Both the position numbers and the translations under genes were made by a program. Of a stretch of 64,000 nucleotides of DNA, positions 1 to 9,177 are shown one piece after another. The notes beneath the pieces were generated by a model. It saw only the letters and a program-made list of their open reading frames with translations. It was not told the DNA's origin and did no database searches. This DNA is from Bdellovibrionales bacterium. GTDB lineage: Bacteria > Bdellovibrionota > Bdellovibrionia > Bdellovibrionales > UBA1609. The stretch spans positions 128,001 through 192,000 of the forward strand of contig JAWLHR010000002.1 in the NCBI GenBank assembly GCA_041690295.1, given 5' to 3'. The first letter of the stretch is position 1. Each line of letters opens with the position of its first letter.

Positions 1-1053
1 GTTCTGCAATACATCGCGGAGGGACATATGAAAGACTTTGCCGCTGTAGACCACGCTAGAATCAGTGACTTTTTGACCAACCACTTTTTGAATCTCGCCC
101 AAAAAGATGAAGACGTCTGAATCAAAAAACTCACGTCTCGAGAGATCACTTCGGGAAAAATTGACGCCGGCACTCGCCGAGTTTTTGCTATTCGGTCTTT
201 CGAGCCATTCTGTAATGTAATGGAAATTTCTAGAGTTTACGTCGGAGTAGGGAGGACAGGGCTGATTCTTCTGGAGTTTCATCTCGAGACGAGACTCTAG
301 TGCACGACTCCAGTCTTGAACACCCTTTTCAACAAAACGGTCGAACACCGCCGGCAGTCCGCTGGTGCAATATTTCACTGTGAGAACCTTGTTTTGTGGC
401 CATTTCACTTTGACGCCGGTTCCATTCATGTACTCGTAACCGAGACTTTTCAAATCCGGATCGGCCTCAAGTTCGGAGGCGAACGGATCCAGTTTCAGTA
501 TGTACAATGTGAGCAAAAGTTTTTCCGCGCCTTCCTCCAAATAAATGAGAATGGAATGGGCGTTGGCGTCCGGTCTGCTGCTGTAATGCATGATTTGAAA
601 GTCCGACTTGGTGGCTTTCGAGTCACCAAACTGGACTTCCTCCAATTCAAGGCGGTTATTGCGGGACTTGAACAACAATTTGCTTTCTTTGTCGGCGCTT
701 ACAAAGATGACCGAGTCCCCAAGTATTTCGACCTCAAATTTATTGGCGAGGGCGTTGGCTTTCTGTTCGCCCGGGGACTGTTCCTTCACTATTTCTTCAT
801 AAGAAGCTTCTTTTTCCACGACGTTGAGTATGGCGTGTGCCATGACGTCATATGTGCCGCCGGATCGAAAAACGTTCACGTCCAAGGTGGATTGGGTGTT
901 CGAAACGGTACCTTTAAGAAAAGCGCGGGGGTCACCTTTGATGCGAACAATGTCAGCTTGTGGTTTCTTTTTCTTTGCATCAGGGCAGCCGGTCAGCCCA
1001 AACAAAGCCGATAACAGAAACACAACTACGTAACCGGTACGGGATCTTTTCAT
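1..1053 (-). CDS. Lipoprotein, partial (runs off window start); possibly a matrixin-like secreted protein
   Basis: Read manually and absent from the ORF track. ATG at 1053 opens a frame to base 1: MKRSRTGYVVVFLLSALFGLTGC|PDAKK... with a lipobox (LTGC). The + strand 316..1014 ORF is its antisense shadow. No HExxH motif is visible inside the window. Confidence 0.75.
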   Translation of the reverse strand, partial: MKRSRTGYVVVFLLSALFGLTGCPDAKKKKPQADIVRIKGDPRAFLKGTVSNTQSTLDVNVFRSGGTYDVMAHAILNVVEKEASYEEIVKEQSPGEQKANALANKFEVEILGDSVIFVSADKESKLLFKSRNNRLELEEVQFGDSKATKSDFQIMHYSSRPDANAHSILIYLEEGAEKLLLTLYILKLDPFASELEADPDLKSLGYEYMNGTGVKVKWPQNKVLTVKYCTSGLPAVFDRFVEKGVQDWSRALESRLEMKLQKNQPCPPYSDVNSRNFHYITEWLERPNSKNSASAGVNFSRSDLSRREFFDSDVFIFLGEIQKVVGQKVTDSSVVYSGKVFHMSLRDVLQN

Positions 1054-1232
1054 TGGACCTATTCCCTTGTCGTCAGCCTTCTAGTACATGGATTTCTGTG
1101 GGTCAGCAATTCCAATGCCCGGTAAGCACAGGTTAAATTGGAGCGGATTTCGGGCAGGCCTAAAATTGTCACCCAGTCCATTGGCAAAAATAGTCCATTG
1201 GCGTGGGGCCCCGGCCGTGCTAAACCACGGGC

Positions 1233-2750
1233 ATGTCTAAGCACTTTAAAAATGCGTTGGTCAGCGTCTCCGATAAAAGCGGCCTGGTGGATTTCCTAAA
1301 ACCTCTCCAGCAAAATGGACTCCGTATCGTCTCCACGGGCGGTACCGCTCGCCTTTTGCGTGAAGCCGGTCTGAAAGTGGTTGATGTCAGCGAGCAGACG
1401 GGTTTTCCCGAAATCATGGACGGCCGGGTGAAAACGCTCCACCCCAGGGTCCACATGGCCCTGCTCGCTCGGGCGGATCATCCCGAGGACGAGCGGCTCT
1501 TGCTCGAACACGGTCTTGAACCTTTCGACTTAGTGATAGTGAATTTGTATCCGTTTGAACAAACCTTGGCCACCAAGGCGGAACAATCGGAGCTGATTGA
1601 AAACATCGACATCGGCGGGCCCAGTTTGTTGCGGGCCGCGGCCAAAAATTTCGAGCGCATGGCCGTGATCGTGGATCCAGAAGATTACAAGAAGTATTCC
1701 GAAATGCCGTCGTTGGCGGACCGGCAAACTCTGGCGGCGAAGGCGTTCGCCCATGTGAGTAGCTATGATGCGATGATCAGCCAGACGTTAGCGCCGAGGG
1801 AATTATTCACCAACTTCCCGTTGGGCGGAACTCTCCAGCAAACACTCCGGTATGGTGAAAATCCCCATCAAAAAGCCAACTGGTATAAGCGACGGGGAGC
1901 GCCGACCGGCTGGCATGACGCCAAAGTCCTCCAAGGCAAAGAACTTTCATTCAACAACCTTCTGGATTTGGAATCGGCCCTTTTACTTTTGCGCGAACTC
2001 GATGGGCCGTCAGCGGTCGCGGTGAAGCATAATAATCCTTGCGGTGCCGCCACGGCGGACACACTCGAAGCCGCGGTGGAACGTTGTATTAAAGCCGATC
2101 CGGTCAGCGTGTTCGGTGGCATCGTGGCTCTCAATCAACCGGTCAGCGCCCGGGCGGCAGAGGCTTTGAATCAAGTTTTTCTCGAATGTGTGGTGGCGCC
2201 GAAGTTCAACGCGGATGCCCTGGCTGTTTTATCCAAAAAGAAGAATCTCCGTTTGTTGGAGTGGCCGGAACTCGCCATCAAGGATGAGTTTTGGCGAATT
2301 CAAACCATTCAGGGTGGAATTCTGGTGCAGGAACCGGATCGCATCTTGGCGTGGAGTCCGGAATGGAAAGTGCTTGGCGAAACACCGAGCCCGCATGTTC
2401 GGGCGGACTTAAGTTTCGCCTGGGCGGTTTGCGCTCAGCTCAAGAGCAATGCCATCGCTATCGCCGCGAATAAACAAACACTGGGCCTTGGTATGGGTCA
2501 GGTGAACCGGGTTGACTCGGTCGAGCTGGCGATTTCGCGAATGCGAAAATTCCATCCCGAAGCCGCGGAGCCCGTCTTGGCCAGTGACGCGTTTTTCCCG
2601 TTCCCGGATTCGATTGAATTGATTCACAAGGCGGGAATTCGTTGGATCATTCAGCCGGGCGGATCCGTGCGGGATGAGGAAGTGTTTCAGCGCGCGCGAG
2701 ACCTCGGTCTAAATATGGTCCTGACCGGTCAGCGACATTTCAGACATTAA
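1233..2750 (+). CDS. purH: Bifunctional AICAR transformylase/IMP cyclohydrolase
   Basis: ALVSVSDK, STGGT, GRVKTLHP, IDIGGP, LRYGENPHQ, KHNNPCG and ASDAFFPF motifs. Confidence 0.98.
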   Translation: MSKHFKNALVSVSDKSGLVDFLKPLQQNGLRIVSTGGTARLLREAGLKVVDVSEQTGFPEIMDGRVKTLHPRVHMALLARADHPEDERLLLEHGLEPFDLVIVNLYPFEQTLATKAEQSELIENIDIGGPSLLRAAAKNFERMAVIVDPEDYKKYSEMPSLADRQTLAAKAFAHVSSYDAMISQTLAPRELFTNFPLGGTLQQTLRYGENPHQKANWYKRRGAPTGWHDAKVLQGKELSFNNLLDLESALLLLRELDGPSAVAVKHNNPCGAATADTLEAAVERCIKADPVSVFGGIVALNQPVSARAAEALNQVFLECVVAPKFNADALAVLSKKKNLRLLEWPELAIKDEFWRIQTIQGGILVQEPDRILAWSPEWKVLGETPSPHVRADLSFAWAVCAQLKSNAIAIAANKQTLGLGMGQVNRVDSVELAISRMRKFHPEAAEPVLASDAFFPFPDSIELIHKAGIRWIIQPGGSVRDEEVFQRARDLGLNMVLTGQRHFRH

Positions 2751-2801
2751 GACGATCTGCCCGCGTGACATTGCGCCTATTTTGGGTTCACCATAATAAG
2801 G

Positions 2802-4571
2802 ATGGCGGATGATTATTCTTGGCTGGTTAAAAGTAGTGGGCGGGTACTAGGTCCCTTCACCTCTGAAAGAATCGCCGAGCTTCTGCGCACCCGTGAAATT
2901 TCGGTTCTCGACGAAATTTCACAGCCGATGAGGCGTTGGCAAACCATCCAGTACCATTCCGAATTTCGCGATGTGGTTGAAAGCCTTCGCAAAGCCACGC
3001 TCGGCGAGAAAACGGAAGCCACGTGGACGCCCGCGGGACTTACGGGAATCACGCAAACACTCACCGATCTGAGTGACGGCGACGCCGATCTGACCGAAGA
3101 AATCACGATGGATTTGGAAGGATTCAACACCGCCAAAGAAATCGTGATTCATGATGTGAAAGAGCAAAACCTGAATTCATCCTCGCTGTCAGCGGCGCGC
3201 TTTCAGCCACAAATGGGGCAGAACACGGCCATTCAACGGCAGGTGGAACGCACGACCAAAGGTCTTTGGTTTATCACCATTTTCGTTTTGGCTCTGGTCA
3301 GTGCCTATATCATTCACCGCCGCCAGGCCACGCAAAACCCCGAAGGCTACATGTCGGCGCAGAGCCTGAAACAAGTCGTCGTGAATCTGGTGCAGATCGG
3401 GCATTATCACGAGGCGCTCAACAAATTGAAATCGCATATTCCGGATCCCAATCTGGCCGGTGATCTCGCCATCTACTACGGTCCGCTGGTGATTCAGGTG
3501 GAGGGCCAAACGGTTCTGGGGCGACGGCTGTTGAATGCCGCCCTGGCCGCCAAGCGGCCGGAAGTGAAACAAGCTTATTCGGGGTTGGGAGTTGCGGATT
3601 TGATCGACGGGCAGCTGGATTCCGCCGAGGCGAATTTTGAAAAGGCCATGGCGCTGGATCCGGATTATGTGCCGGCCATCACCAACATGGCGGCGGTCGC
3701 TTTGCAAAGAGGCGATTACACGCGCGCCAAAAATTTGGCCCTTCGCGCGCTGACATTAAGTCCCTTCCAAGGCGAAGCGCTGATCATTCTTTGTGAGGCC
3801 CAACTTTATTTGTTTAAAGCCAGCGGTCAACTTCGTGATCTCGCGCAAGTGTCGCGCATGATCCGCGAATTTCAGGCGCGCCAGTTTGACTATCACGCCG
3901 AGGTCGGATTTTACGGTTTGTATTTTGATTTCCTGAAACGGGAGAGAGGACTTGAGGAGTCCATACGCGCGTATCTGGATGCCGATCCCCGCTTGACCCA
4001 GGATCACCGCCATAATGTTTTTATCTATAAGGGCCGCGCGAATTGGAAAATCATGGCCCGGTTCTGTGAACAAATGGTGGAAAAACTCAGCGGAAGCGCG
4101 CGGCACACGACGCTTCTGGCATCATGTTATTCCCGCGAAGGCAAGTGGGATATGGCCCGTCGTTTGATCGAAAAGGCGGTGAACCAGGCTCCCAAAGATC
4201 CACTGGTGCAAGCGTGGTACTCGCACATTCTTAACGAGAGCGGTGACGCCGATCAGGCCAGTGTTGTTTTCGGTCGGGCCACTGAATTCAACCGGCGAAA
4301 TGAGTTCGCATTGCCCACGGTATTGCAAGCGCGCTTTTCGCAGGCCAATGACGATATTGAAAACGCTCGCTCTTCCTGGCAGCAGTTGATTGAGAGAGAC
4401 ATCAACTACCTTCCGGCCATCGCGGGTCTGGCTTGGGTGCACACGCGCAAGAAGATTTTCGCTGAGGCCAGCCGCTGGATTGAAAAAGGACTCCGCATTT
4501 CGCCCGATTACATTCCTCTCTTGGAGCTCAAACAAAAAGGAGAGTCCGAGGGCTGGTATGCGGTTCGTTAG
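2802..4571 (+). CDS. Membrane-anchored TPR protein with an N-terminal GYF-like domain
   Basis: N-terminal WLVKSSGRVLGPF (GYF_2/DUF4339-like), one TM helix (LWFITIFVLALVSAYIIH), then multiple TPR-like repeats. Confidence 0.75.
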   Translation: MADDYSWLVKSSGRVLGPFTSERIAELLRTREISVLDEISQPMRRWQTIQYHSEFRDVVESLRKATLGEKTEATWTPAGLTGITQTLTDLSDGDADLTEEITMDLEGFNTAKEIVIHDVKEQNLNSSSLSAARFQPQMGQNTAIQRQVERTTKGLWFITIFVLALVSAYIIHRRQATQNPEGYMSAQSLKQVVVNLVQIGHYHEALNKLKSHIPDPNLAGDLAIYYGPLVIQVEGQTVLGRRLLNAALAAKRPEVKQAYSGLGVADLIDGQLDSAEANFEKAMALDPDYVPAITNMAAVALQRGDYTRAKNLALRALTLSPFQGEALIILCEAQLYLFKASGQLRDLAQVSRMIREFQARQFDYHAEVGFYGLYFDFLKRERGLEESIRAYLDADPRLTQDHRHNVFIYKGRANWKIMARFCEQMVEKLSGSARHTTLLASCYSREGKWDMARRLIEKAVNQAPKDPLVQAWYSHILNESGDADQASVVFGRATEFNRRNEFALPTVLQARFSQANDDIENARSSWQQLIERDINYLPAIAGLAWVHTRKKIFAEASRWIEKGLRISPDYIPLLELKQKGESEGWYAVR

Positions 4572-5199
4572 CCTCTTTTGTATCTTTCTCTTTCATTTTT
4601 TGTCTTGGGGGAATGATTTCGTCGATCACAGCGCGAAAACCGGAAGCCGCGATGTGATGATTCCCCGCGCGCTGGTGGCGCGGATCGAGAAAGATTATCA
4701 GGAATTTCTCGAGAAAGAAGGGGTTCTCACGCCAGGACCGATTCAGCGTATGTTATTGAACGTTCGCGCGGAACTCTGGCAAGAGCGGCCCGGAGCATTG
4801 CATGAGAATGCGAGAATTCTGACTCCGCTTGGCGGCGGAGTGGTGGATCTGGCGGATATCGTGACACCGCTTCGTGGATCTTTTTGGATGAAGATCCATC
4901 CTTACTCCGAAAAAAGCGGCGGAAAACTGGATAACGCGCGTTTCTTCTTTGTCAGTCGGGCCAAGGTGAGGTCCATTCAGGGCGAGACTTACGGTGCCGG
5001 TTGTGATAGATGGATGGATATCACGTCGTATTTCAACCAAGTTATGGCTGGAAAAGGGTTCCAGCTTTACAGCACTGATCAACGATATTTGTCCGTGGTA
5101 GGGGGAACATTCTTGGCTGTGAACTTCACGAAAGAGGCCATCGCCGTGGCCAGTTTGACATTCACTGATTCACGGTACCCGGAAATGTTGTGTGAGTGA
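4558..5199 (+). CDS. Hypothetical exported protein
   Basis: ATG 4558 overlaps the upstream gene end. Signal-peptide-like MRFVSLFCIFLFHFLSWG. Appears translationally coupled in an operon. Confidence 0.7.
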   Translation: MRFVSLFCIFLFHFLSWGNDFVDHSAKTGSRDVMIPRALVARIEKDYQEFLEKEGVLTPGPIQRMLLNVRAELWQERPGALHENARILTPLGGGVVDLADIVTPLRGSFWMKIHPYSEKSGGKLDNARFFFVSRAKVRSIQGETYGAGCDRWMDITSYFNQVMAGKGFQLYSTDQRYLSVVGGTFLAVNFTKEAIAVASLTFTDSRYPEMLCE

Positions 5200-6175
5200 G
5201 ATGAAGACATTTATCAAAGATTTAAAAGAGAAGGACCAGGTCCAATCCATTTTTTTGGTGACGGAAAAGAATTCGGGAACGGACCGTAACGGCAAAACGT
5301 TCTTGAGTCTCACGCTGTCGGATGCTTCGGGTCATATCAATGGCCGCATGTTCGAGCGTGCGGCGGAAGCGGGTCAGGGTTTCGATGTGGGCGATCCGGT
5401 ATGGATCAAGGGATTCGTGCAATTGTTTCAGAACCGGCGACAAATGATTCTGCATGAAATTCGCCGCGCGACGGACGGTGAATTTGAAATGACGGATTTG
5501 GTGGCTGAGCTGGGCGGTGACCCGAAAAAACATCTCCAGGAACTTCTGGAGATCGTGGATTCGCTGGACAATTCCTTCGCGCGTGAACTTTTGCGCCGGA
5601 CTCTCAATGATCCGGAGATAAACGCGTTATTACTTCGGGCGCCGGCGGCGAAAACCATTCATCACGCCTATCGGGGCGGATTGATCGAACACATTCACTC
5701 GATCACCAAAATGATGGTGTGGTTATCCGAGCATTACCCGTTCCTGGATAAGAACCTTTTGGTTTTCGGTGCGATTTTCCATGATCTGGGCAAGGTTTTC
5801 GAACTGGGAATGGACGACGGAATTCAGTACACACAAAGCGGGCGTTTGATCGGACACATGGTTTTGGCCTGCGAGATCGTGGATCGCATCGCTGGCGGCA
5901 TTCCTGATTTCCCGGTTGATTTGCGAGATGTGATGAAGCACATCATTCTCTCCCATCACGGAAAACTGGAGTACGGTTCGCCGAAGCTGCCGATGATTTT
6001 GGAAGCGGTGGTGGTGTCCATGATCGATGATCTGGACAGCAAGGTGAACACGATCTCCCGCTTCTTAAAGTCGGAAGTGCAGAGTCTTCCCCCGAATGAG
6101 AAGTGGAGTCATTACCACGCGGGATTCGAGCGCTATTTCTTCCTCGACTTTTTCCGTAAGCGGGTGGAGTCTTGA
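5192..6175 (+). CDS. yhaM: 3'-5' exoribonuclease YhaM family (OB fold + HD domain)
   Basis: N-terminal OB fold, PAAKTIHHAYRGGLIEH, FHDLGK, ILSHHGKLEYGSPK and IDDLDSK motifs. Confidence 0.9.
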   Translation: MSEMKTFIKDLKEKDQVQSIFLVTEKNSGTDRNGKTFLSLTLSDASGHINGRMFERAAEAGQGFDVGDPVWIKGFVQLFQNRRQMILHEIRRATDGEFEMTDLVAELGGDPKKHLQELLEIVDSLDNSFARELLRRTLNDPEINALLLRAPAAKTIHHAYRGGLIEHIHSITKMMVWLSEHYPFLDKNLLVFGAIFHDLGKVFELGMDDGIQYTQSGRLIGHMVLACEIVDRIAGGIPDFPVDLRDVMKHIILSHHGKLEYGSPKLPMILEAVVVSMIDDLDSKVNTISRFLKSEVQSLPPNEKWSHYHAGFERYFFLDFFRKRVES

Positions 6176-6354
6176 TGCGCGCCCGCTTCTGCGCGCTCAA
6201 TCATATTTAGAAGTGGAATCTTGATGCGCTCCTGCTTCCGATTTGGAAGTGGAATCTTGATGCGCTCCTGCTTCCAATCGGGAACTGGAAGCTTGACGCG
6301 TGCCCACTTCCGAATCGGAAGTGAACTCTTGATGTGCTCCACCCCGAATCGGAA
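6164..6354. repeat. 36-bp tandem array containing the palindrome CACTTCCGAATCGGAAGTG
   Basis: Units begin at 6213, 6249, 6285 and 6321 (approximately GTGGAATCTTGATGCGCTCCYRCTTCCGAATCGGAA). A related head at 6164 includes the yhaM stop. Perfect 19-bp palindrome at 6305-6323. Confidence 0.9.
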
Positions 6355-6364
6355 CGTGTGAGGT

Positions 6365-7018
6365 CTAAATGATCAACACGACCGGTTCCGCGTCGTCCAA
6401 ATCAGTGACAGCTGTCAAGTCACGACCCTTGCCGCGGATCACCCGCTCATTTTCCTGGGTGAGGTTCAATCCTAAAACGCAATTCCGCTCAGCGAAGTGG
6501 GTGGCCAGTTCTTGCGCGAGAATTCCCGCGCGATAAGGTGTTTCAAGAAGAATGATGGGTCGGTTTTCCTTGCGCAACTCACGCCAGCGGCGTTCGCGCT
6601 CTTCTTTTTTTGTCGGCAAAAAACCGGCGAAGAAAAAACTTTCCAATCGATGACCGGCCACCGAAAGGAGAGCCATCAAACTCGATGGTCCGGGGAGACC
6701 GTAAACCGGAATTCGCGCGCGATGGCAGGCGTCGACCAATTCCGCTCCGGGGTCGCAAAAACCGGGCGTGCCGCAATCGCTGACCAAGACGACATTTTTT
6801 TCGCGGCATTCACCGACAAAATACTGCACATCGTCTTGGGTCGAATGTTCATTGAGTTGATCCATGACTTTGGCTTGAACTCCCGCGGCCTTGAGAATTT
6901 GGCGCAACGCTTTGAGTTCTTCGCCGATGATCAAATCCGCATTTTTCATCGATTCAATGGCCCGCAAGGTGAAATCCTTGGGGTTTCCAATTGGTGTTGC
7001 GACCACGAAAAGCGCCAT
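6365..7018 (-). CDS. rsmI: 16S rRNA (cytidine1402-2'-O)-methyltransferase
   Basis: MALFVVATPIGN, LVSDCGTPGFCDPG, GFLP and ETPYR motifs. Start placed at ATG 7018. Confidence 0.9.
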   Translation of the reverse strand: MALFVVATPIGNPKDFTLRAIESMKNADLIIGEELKALRQILKAAGVQAKVMDQLNEHSTQDDVQYFVGECREKNVVLVSDCGTPGFCDPGAELVDACHRARIPVYGLPGPSSLMALLSVAGHRLESFFFAGFLPTKKEERERRWRELRKENRPIILLETPYRAGILAQELATHFAERNCVLGLNLTQENERVIRGKGRDLTAVTDLDDAEPVVLII

Positions 7019-7040
7019 GGTACTGTCGGTATCACATCTT

Positions 7041-7766
7041 ATGGCGCGGTGGAAAGTCCTCAAATCACAGGATTTATTTAAATCGGGCTTTTTCAGGCTC
7101 CGCGTGGACGAATGCGAACTTCCCGACGGCCGTATAATGCCTCGATATTATGTGATCGAGTTCCCTGACTGGGTGAATGTGGTGCCTGTGACCGATGACG
7201 GCCAAATGGTTCTGGTGGAGCAGTACCGGCATGGAGTGGTACGGCTAAATCAGAATCCGAACGGCGATCCCGCGCCGGCCTCGGATCAAGACTCCAAATC
7301 TCGCGCGCCGGCCTCGAATCAGGCCTCCAATGATCGTGCATCCACCGGTGAGAATCCAGGCCACTTTGGTTCAGTGGCCAACAATGGTTCTACCGCCAAT
7401 CACAAAGAAATATTCCTCGAGATTCCGGGTGGAAGCACTGATCCGAAAAATCACGAAGACCCGCGTTTGGCGGGCGTGCGCGAATTGCGCGAAGAAACCG
7501 GATATGAAGCGCGCGAATGGGTTTATTGCGGTTTTCACTATCCGAATCCCGCACTCCAAACCAACAAGATGCACACCTTCGTGGCGTTCGGTTGCACCAA
7601 AGTGGGAGAGCCGATGTTGGATCCCTACGAGGACCTGAAGGTGAGTGTGCTCCCCGTAAAAGAGGTTTATCGCCGTTGGTATGCGGGTGAAATCAAACAC
7701 TCGTTGATCTTCACATCGCTTGGCCTCGCCATTCCGCACTTGCGTAAGGCGGGCTTTGAGGTTTGA
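7041..7766 (+). CDS. Nudix hydrolase (ADP-ribose pyrophosphatase-like) with a low-complexity insertion
   Basis: VLVEQYRHG...LEIPGG...AGVRELREETGY Nudix box. Start placed at ATG 7041. Confidence 0.9.
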   Translation: MARWKVLKSQDLFKSGFFRLRVDECELPDGRIMPRYYVIEFPDWVNVVPVTDDGQMVLVEQYRHGVVRLNQNPNGDPAPASDQDSKSRAPASNQASNDRASTGENPGHFGSVANNGSTANHKEIFLEIPGGSTDPKNHEDPRLAGVRELREETGYEAREWVYCGFHYPNPALQTNKMHTFVAFGCTKVGEPMLDPYEDLKVSVLPVKEVYRRWYAGEIKHSLIFTSLGLAIPHLRKAGFEV

Positions 7767-7857
7767 TGGATTCCCCATCTGCGTAAGGCGGGCTTTGAGG
7801 TGTGATGGACCCATCCGTGTAAGGCGGGGTTGAGCTGTGATTGCGGGCGCTTTGAGC
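7741..7857 (+). repeat. Degenerate tandem duplication of the Nudix 3' end
   Basis: TGCGTAAGGCGGGCTTTGAGGTKTGATGGA at 7741 and 7780 (39-bp period), with decayed copies near 7816 and 7843. Confidence 0.85.
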
Positions 7858-7927
7858 TTTTTAGTGGCGGCGATCGGCGAGATTTTTTGCACTAGACGTA
7901 CGAGTTCAATGGTTGCGCAGGATCCAC

Positions 7928-9046
7928 TTAAAATATGCCTCGCGCGTTCCAACTATCAAATTGCTTTTCAAGCTCACACTTAAACTTTAATCGATTGTGA
8001 ACCGCGCACAGCAACTGTAGATTCTCCGGCTCGTTACCGCCTCCCGCGGATACTGACCGAATGTGATCCAATTGTAAGAGAAATCTCGAGCCACACTTCT
8101 TACCCGTAACCGGGTCCCGCCATTGGCAGCATCGGTCTCTTTGATAAATTTCGCGCCTCACATGAACCGGAATAGGCTGTCGTTTTCCGGTTAGTTTCAC
8201 ATGAGCAACAATGGATTTCACATTGCCAGCTCTCAAACCTGCAAACGTTGGCATCGGTTTCTTACGTGAGAGCTGATTCCTTGCGACTTCCGATTCGGAA
8301 GTGAAGTTCCGCCCTAAGGTTTTCTGGGTTTGGCGCGCTGAGGCCGGTTGCAAAACTTTTTCCTCAGCTTGTATCACCGGAAAGGACTTAACCGTTTTGG
8401 ACTTCGGACGAGTGGACTTCTTTAATAGCGGATCCTTACGTTTGACAAACTCCTCGGTAAGTGCCGCAAACAGCTCGGCCCAACCGGCTCGGGGAATTTT
8501 GTGCGACAAAAGCTCTTTCGCGCGATTGATCTGTTCAATCTGTTCTTTGGTCAAGGTAAACTCAATCCGCACCGACTCATCTTGCTGCACGCGCTTCTTT
8601 TCATATTGAATCGGCTTCACGTCGAGAACCCGCGCCAACACCTTTTGCGTCTCATTCACGTCCCGGCCCTTGATTCGTTGTAAGAGCTGACGCTTTTCCT
8701 GGTTTGAGAGTGAAACCTCCGGCGATTCTTTTTTCTTTTGCCTAAGACTTTGTGCCATCAATGACATTCGGCTCACGTTAAGCTGGCCAGACTCCAGGTC
8801 GTGTTTGGCCTCAGGAACCGCCCGGAGAATGCGAGCGGCATCAATTCGCCTTTGCGCCGAAGCGGGAGTGTAGCCGATCCCGTCTGTGAGATAAGCAAAC
8901 AAACTCGAATAGCCCAGTTTTAAATATAACTTTCGACGATCGATCTCTTTGATGTGCTCCAGAATCTCGGCAGTCGTTCGTCGCTCGACCTTCACAAGTT
9001 CGATCAGGCGTTGAACTAAAGATTGATCGGTTAAATTGGAAATCAA
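7928..9046 (-). CDS. HNH endonuclease with a helical (DUF222-like) N-terminal domain
   Basis: C-terminal RREIYQRDRCCQW...CGS..LQLDHIRSVSAGGGNEPENLQLLCAVHN. N-terminal LYLKLGYSSLFAYL..IGYT...AQRRI.AAR. Likely TTG start at 9046 after AAGGGGG; the ORF track extends it to 9115. Confidence 0.88.
   Translation of the reverse strand: MISNLTDQSLVQRLIELVKVERRTTAEILEHIKEIDRRKLYLKLGYSSLFAYLTDGIGYTPASAQRRIDAARILRAVPEAKHDLESGQLNVSRMSLMAQSLRQKKKESPEVSLSNQEKRQLLQRIKGRDVNETQKVLARVLDVKPIQYEKKRVQQDESVRIEFTLTKEQIEQINRAKELLSHKIPRAGWAELFAALTEEFVKRKDPLLKKSTRPKSKTVKSFPVIQAEEKVLQPASARQTQKTLGRNFTSESEVARNQLSRKKPMPTFAGLRAGNVKSIVAHVKLTGKRQPIPVHVRREIYQRDRCCQWRDPVTGKKCGSRFLLQLDHIRSVSAGGGNEPENLQLLCAVHNRLKFKCELEKQFDSWNARGIF
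8286..8302. repeat. Palindrome ACTTCCGATTCGGAAGT inside the HNH CDS
   Basis: Perfect 8-bp arms with a 1-nt centre. Encodes TSESEV in the HNH reading frame. Confidence 0.95.
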
Positions 9047-9177
9047 GCAAGCCCCCTTGAAAGCGAATTCACTTATAAAAAATCGGTTTGAAAAATGCGA
9101 GCACTTATGCGCCAAGTAAATAAAAATATTTTATCCGAACTTCGGACATTGGGAAGAGAGAAAAGGTTATCAGCGTT

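Noticed and set aside
316..1014. 232-aa plus-strand ORF
   Set aside because: It is the antisense shadow of the minus-strand lipoprotein at 1-1053.
6133..6342. 69-aa ORF with repeated KQERIKIP
   Set aside because: It is a translation of the 36-bp array and overlaps yhaM in antisense.
6164..6354. CRISPR array or TIGR-type 36-nt guide array
   Set aside because: The units are near-identical tandem copies with no unique spacers or paired variable segments. There are no cas genes, and no Nop-like domain is recognisable in the HNH protein.
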